From: Lingula anatina
Lineage: Eukaryota; Animalia; Brachiopoda
Direction of reading: 5' to 3'
Length of the DNA stretch: 64,000 nucleotides
NCBI GenBank assembly: GCA_051362555.1
Contig: CM120645.1
Coordinates: 2,542,001 to 2,606,000, forward strand
Positions 61,643 through 64,000 of this stretch are shown one piece after another; within the stretch, counting starts at the first letter, position 1; every line of letters starts with the position of its first letter. The notes beneath the pieces were generated by a model, which saw only the letters and a program-made list of their open reading frames with translations, was not told the origin of the DNA and did not search any database. A program made the position numbers and the translations under genes.

Positions 61643-64000
61643 CTAACTTATTTGCAATATTAAACAAAATTTACCTGCATAATTATCACTGCTTCCTTAT
61701 TATTAATCTAGCAGAGAGCTTTACCTTTGGGAGTTTACAGGGAAATATCAACAAGTGTGCTTTACGTAATCTCATTTAATGGCCTATTAAAGCAAATGAC
61801 TTTATAACTCTGAAATTAATCTAGTGATACCCAAGGGTAATTTACAGACTGACCCACTCAAAGGTCTTCAGGCCCATAAGTCACACCTTAAGAAAAGCAC
61901 AAAACCATAATGCCCAAAATAGGAGACTACCAATCCTGATGCAATAATACATTATGTTTAACTGCACAGTCAACATCAACTTATGCACAACAGGTAACAC
62001 AGACGAAAGTAAAAGCATAAGGCTCCAGGCCCATCAGAGTTCAAGTTTATACTTAGAAAGTGCCAGAATGAGAAAAATGAAAATTTCACAAAAAATGCAT
62101 AAATACAATAAACATGATAATCCAATAGAGCTGGTTTTCTCATGAGCTGAAGGCCAATCCTAAAAATCGTACTTGTAAGTTTAAAATTATAATAAGTAGC
62201 ACAGTTTTCTTTTCATAATGTTTGCAGTAGCAGTGCAAAAAGATTGTTGTCAATTTTGATGTAACATTACATAATAAATTAGAGAATTATTATCACCAAT
62301 TTTTGTTTATTGACTATAAATAGGATGGACATGTAGAAAATATGATTACCATTTGGCTTCATGTCCATGGGAGCTCCGAGTCCCACAATGAATATGCCAA
62401 AAAGATAATGAATATTACACTAAAATGTATAACTTCCAGAAAAAGAAGCCAATTAGACTGCTTTTCTAACTCAGGCTGCATTTAAGTCCTGTGTTTCTTT
62501 TTTGAAAGTTTGACAGTCATAAGTAACACGGTTTTCCCATAATGGTCATCAAGGCAGCAGCACCAAAAATTGTGTTTTCTTCTATTTTGATGCAACATTA
62601 CATAATGCTTAACAGCATACTGACCATCGATTTTTAATAATTAAATATAAGTGTCATGGATTTTCACAAAATGTGACTAGCATGGGTCTTCAAGCCCATG
62701 GAGGTTCTAAGTCACACCTTGGAAATGCCAATATGTGAAAAATTAAATTTTCACAAAAAACTGTTTAATTGCCAGAAAAATTTACCAAACAGACTGCATT
62801 GCCTACTGAAGCTGTATTTTAGTCCCATGTTTCTTTCCTGTAAGTTTGAGAACAGTAAGTGACATGATTTTCCTTAAATGGTCATCATGGGAGCACTGCC
62901 CAAAATAGGGGTTTCTTCAAATTTTGATGCAATATTACATAATGTTTTACAGCATAATGACCATCAATTTTTAATTATAAAATATTAGTATCATGGTTAT
63001 TCAGAAAATGTAACTAGCAAAAGTCTTCAGGCCCATGGAACTTCAAAGTCACATATTGAAAATGCCAAAATGTAAACAAGACAGCACTGTTCTGAAATGG
63101 GTTTATTTCCATTTTTAACACTTTTTTAACATAAAACAAAATAAACAGTTTACTGCCATTTTTATATGACCAATGAAGAAAATTGATGAGATGGGAAAAG
63201 TATCAATAGAACAGTGTTAAATGTCCAACTTCCTCCATTCTGAGATTCTGAACATAGTGGATGAATGCATCTGAAAAACTGCAATGATATGAGTTTATTT
63301 CCATTTTTGACACTTTATTACACAATACATGATAACAAGTTTACCATCATTTTTACAAAATCAACTAACAATGTTGTAAAGATGCAGGAAATGTCAAACA
63401 AACACTTTTACGTATCTTATTAGTTCAATAATGAGACTGTTAACATGCTTAAGAATTGAATCTGAGGAAATGTGAAAAAAACAGTATAACTTCTAAAATA
63501 ATGGCCCGATTATGCTGATTTTCGAACTCAACCTGCGTTTTAGTAAGATTGACCACTCCTGTGAGTATAATTACAATTGGCCAATCCGTTTTTCTTATAT
63601 TGTGTTATCAGTGTTGCATTTATATTGAAAATAGTGAAAAAACAGCATAAATTCCCTCAAAATAGCCCAATCATGCTGATTTTCGAACTTGACCTGCGTA
63701 TTATGAATATTCATCAGTTCTGTAAGTTTCAAGTCAAAAAGTAAAACGGTTTTCCACTTATCGTGTTATCGGTGCTGCATATATGCTGAAAAAAGTGAAA
63801 AAACAGCATAAATTACCTATAAGTGACCCGATCATGCTGATTTTCGAACTTGACCTGCGTATTATGAATATTCATCAGTTCTGTAAGTTTCAAGTCAAAA
63901 GGTAAAATGGTTTTCCACTTATAGTGTTATCGGTGCTGCATATATGCTGAAAAAAGTGAAAAAACAGCATAAATCCCCTAAAAGTGACCCGATCATGCTG

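Larger units (their letters stand above)
60727..64000 (-). mobile_element. Second copy of the same Helentron-type element, in a CK intron; runs out of the window
   Basis: 60727-60765 is the reverse complement of the copy-1 3' end (AACAAGGCAGCAAAGCTGTCAAATGTACAGACA). ~62200-63750 is an inverted close match to ~32820-34540. Confidence 0.75.

Noticed and set aside
61188-61779. ORFs containing long IYIY runs
   Set aside because: Translation of an (AT)n microsatellite.

Overview
AT-rich, intron-containing animal genomic DNA, most likely a marine invertebrate; the taxon is inferred only from gene and transposon content. Three host genes can be built by hand with GT-AG introns in consistent phase. 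(1) The first two coding exons of a NUAK-family AMPK-related kinase lie on the minus strand, and the gene continues left out of the window. (2) A complete 11-exon WASP/N-WASP gene (plus strand, about 515 aa, WH1-basic-CRIB-polyPro-2xWH2-C-A) sits head-to-head with NUAK, with 655 bp between the ATGs. (3) The 3' seven exons of a concatenated multi-domain creatine kinase (flagellar-type, at least three CK domains plus an acidic Ala/Glu/Pro tail) lie on the minus strand, convergent with WASP. Mobile DNA comprises an apparently intact RTEX-like LINE with an SGNH-esterase ORF1, a near-perfect 935-bp foldback element in WASP intron 1, a rearranged hAT element with a 6-bp TSD and an inverted last exon in WASP intron 4, a decayed Academ-like transposon probably inside the WASP 3' UTR, two copies of a Helentron-type non-autonomous element carrying two tandem-repeat arrays, and smaller MITEs and microsatellites. 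No CRISPR array, rRNA or tRNA was seen. All family assignments come from motif recognition, not database searches.
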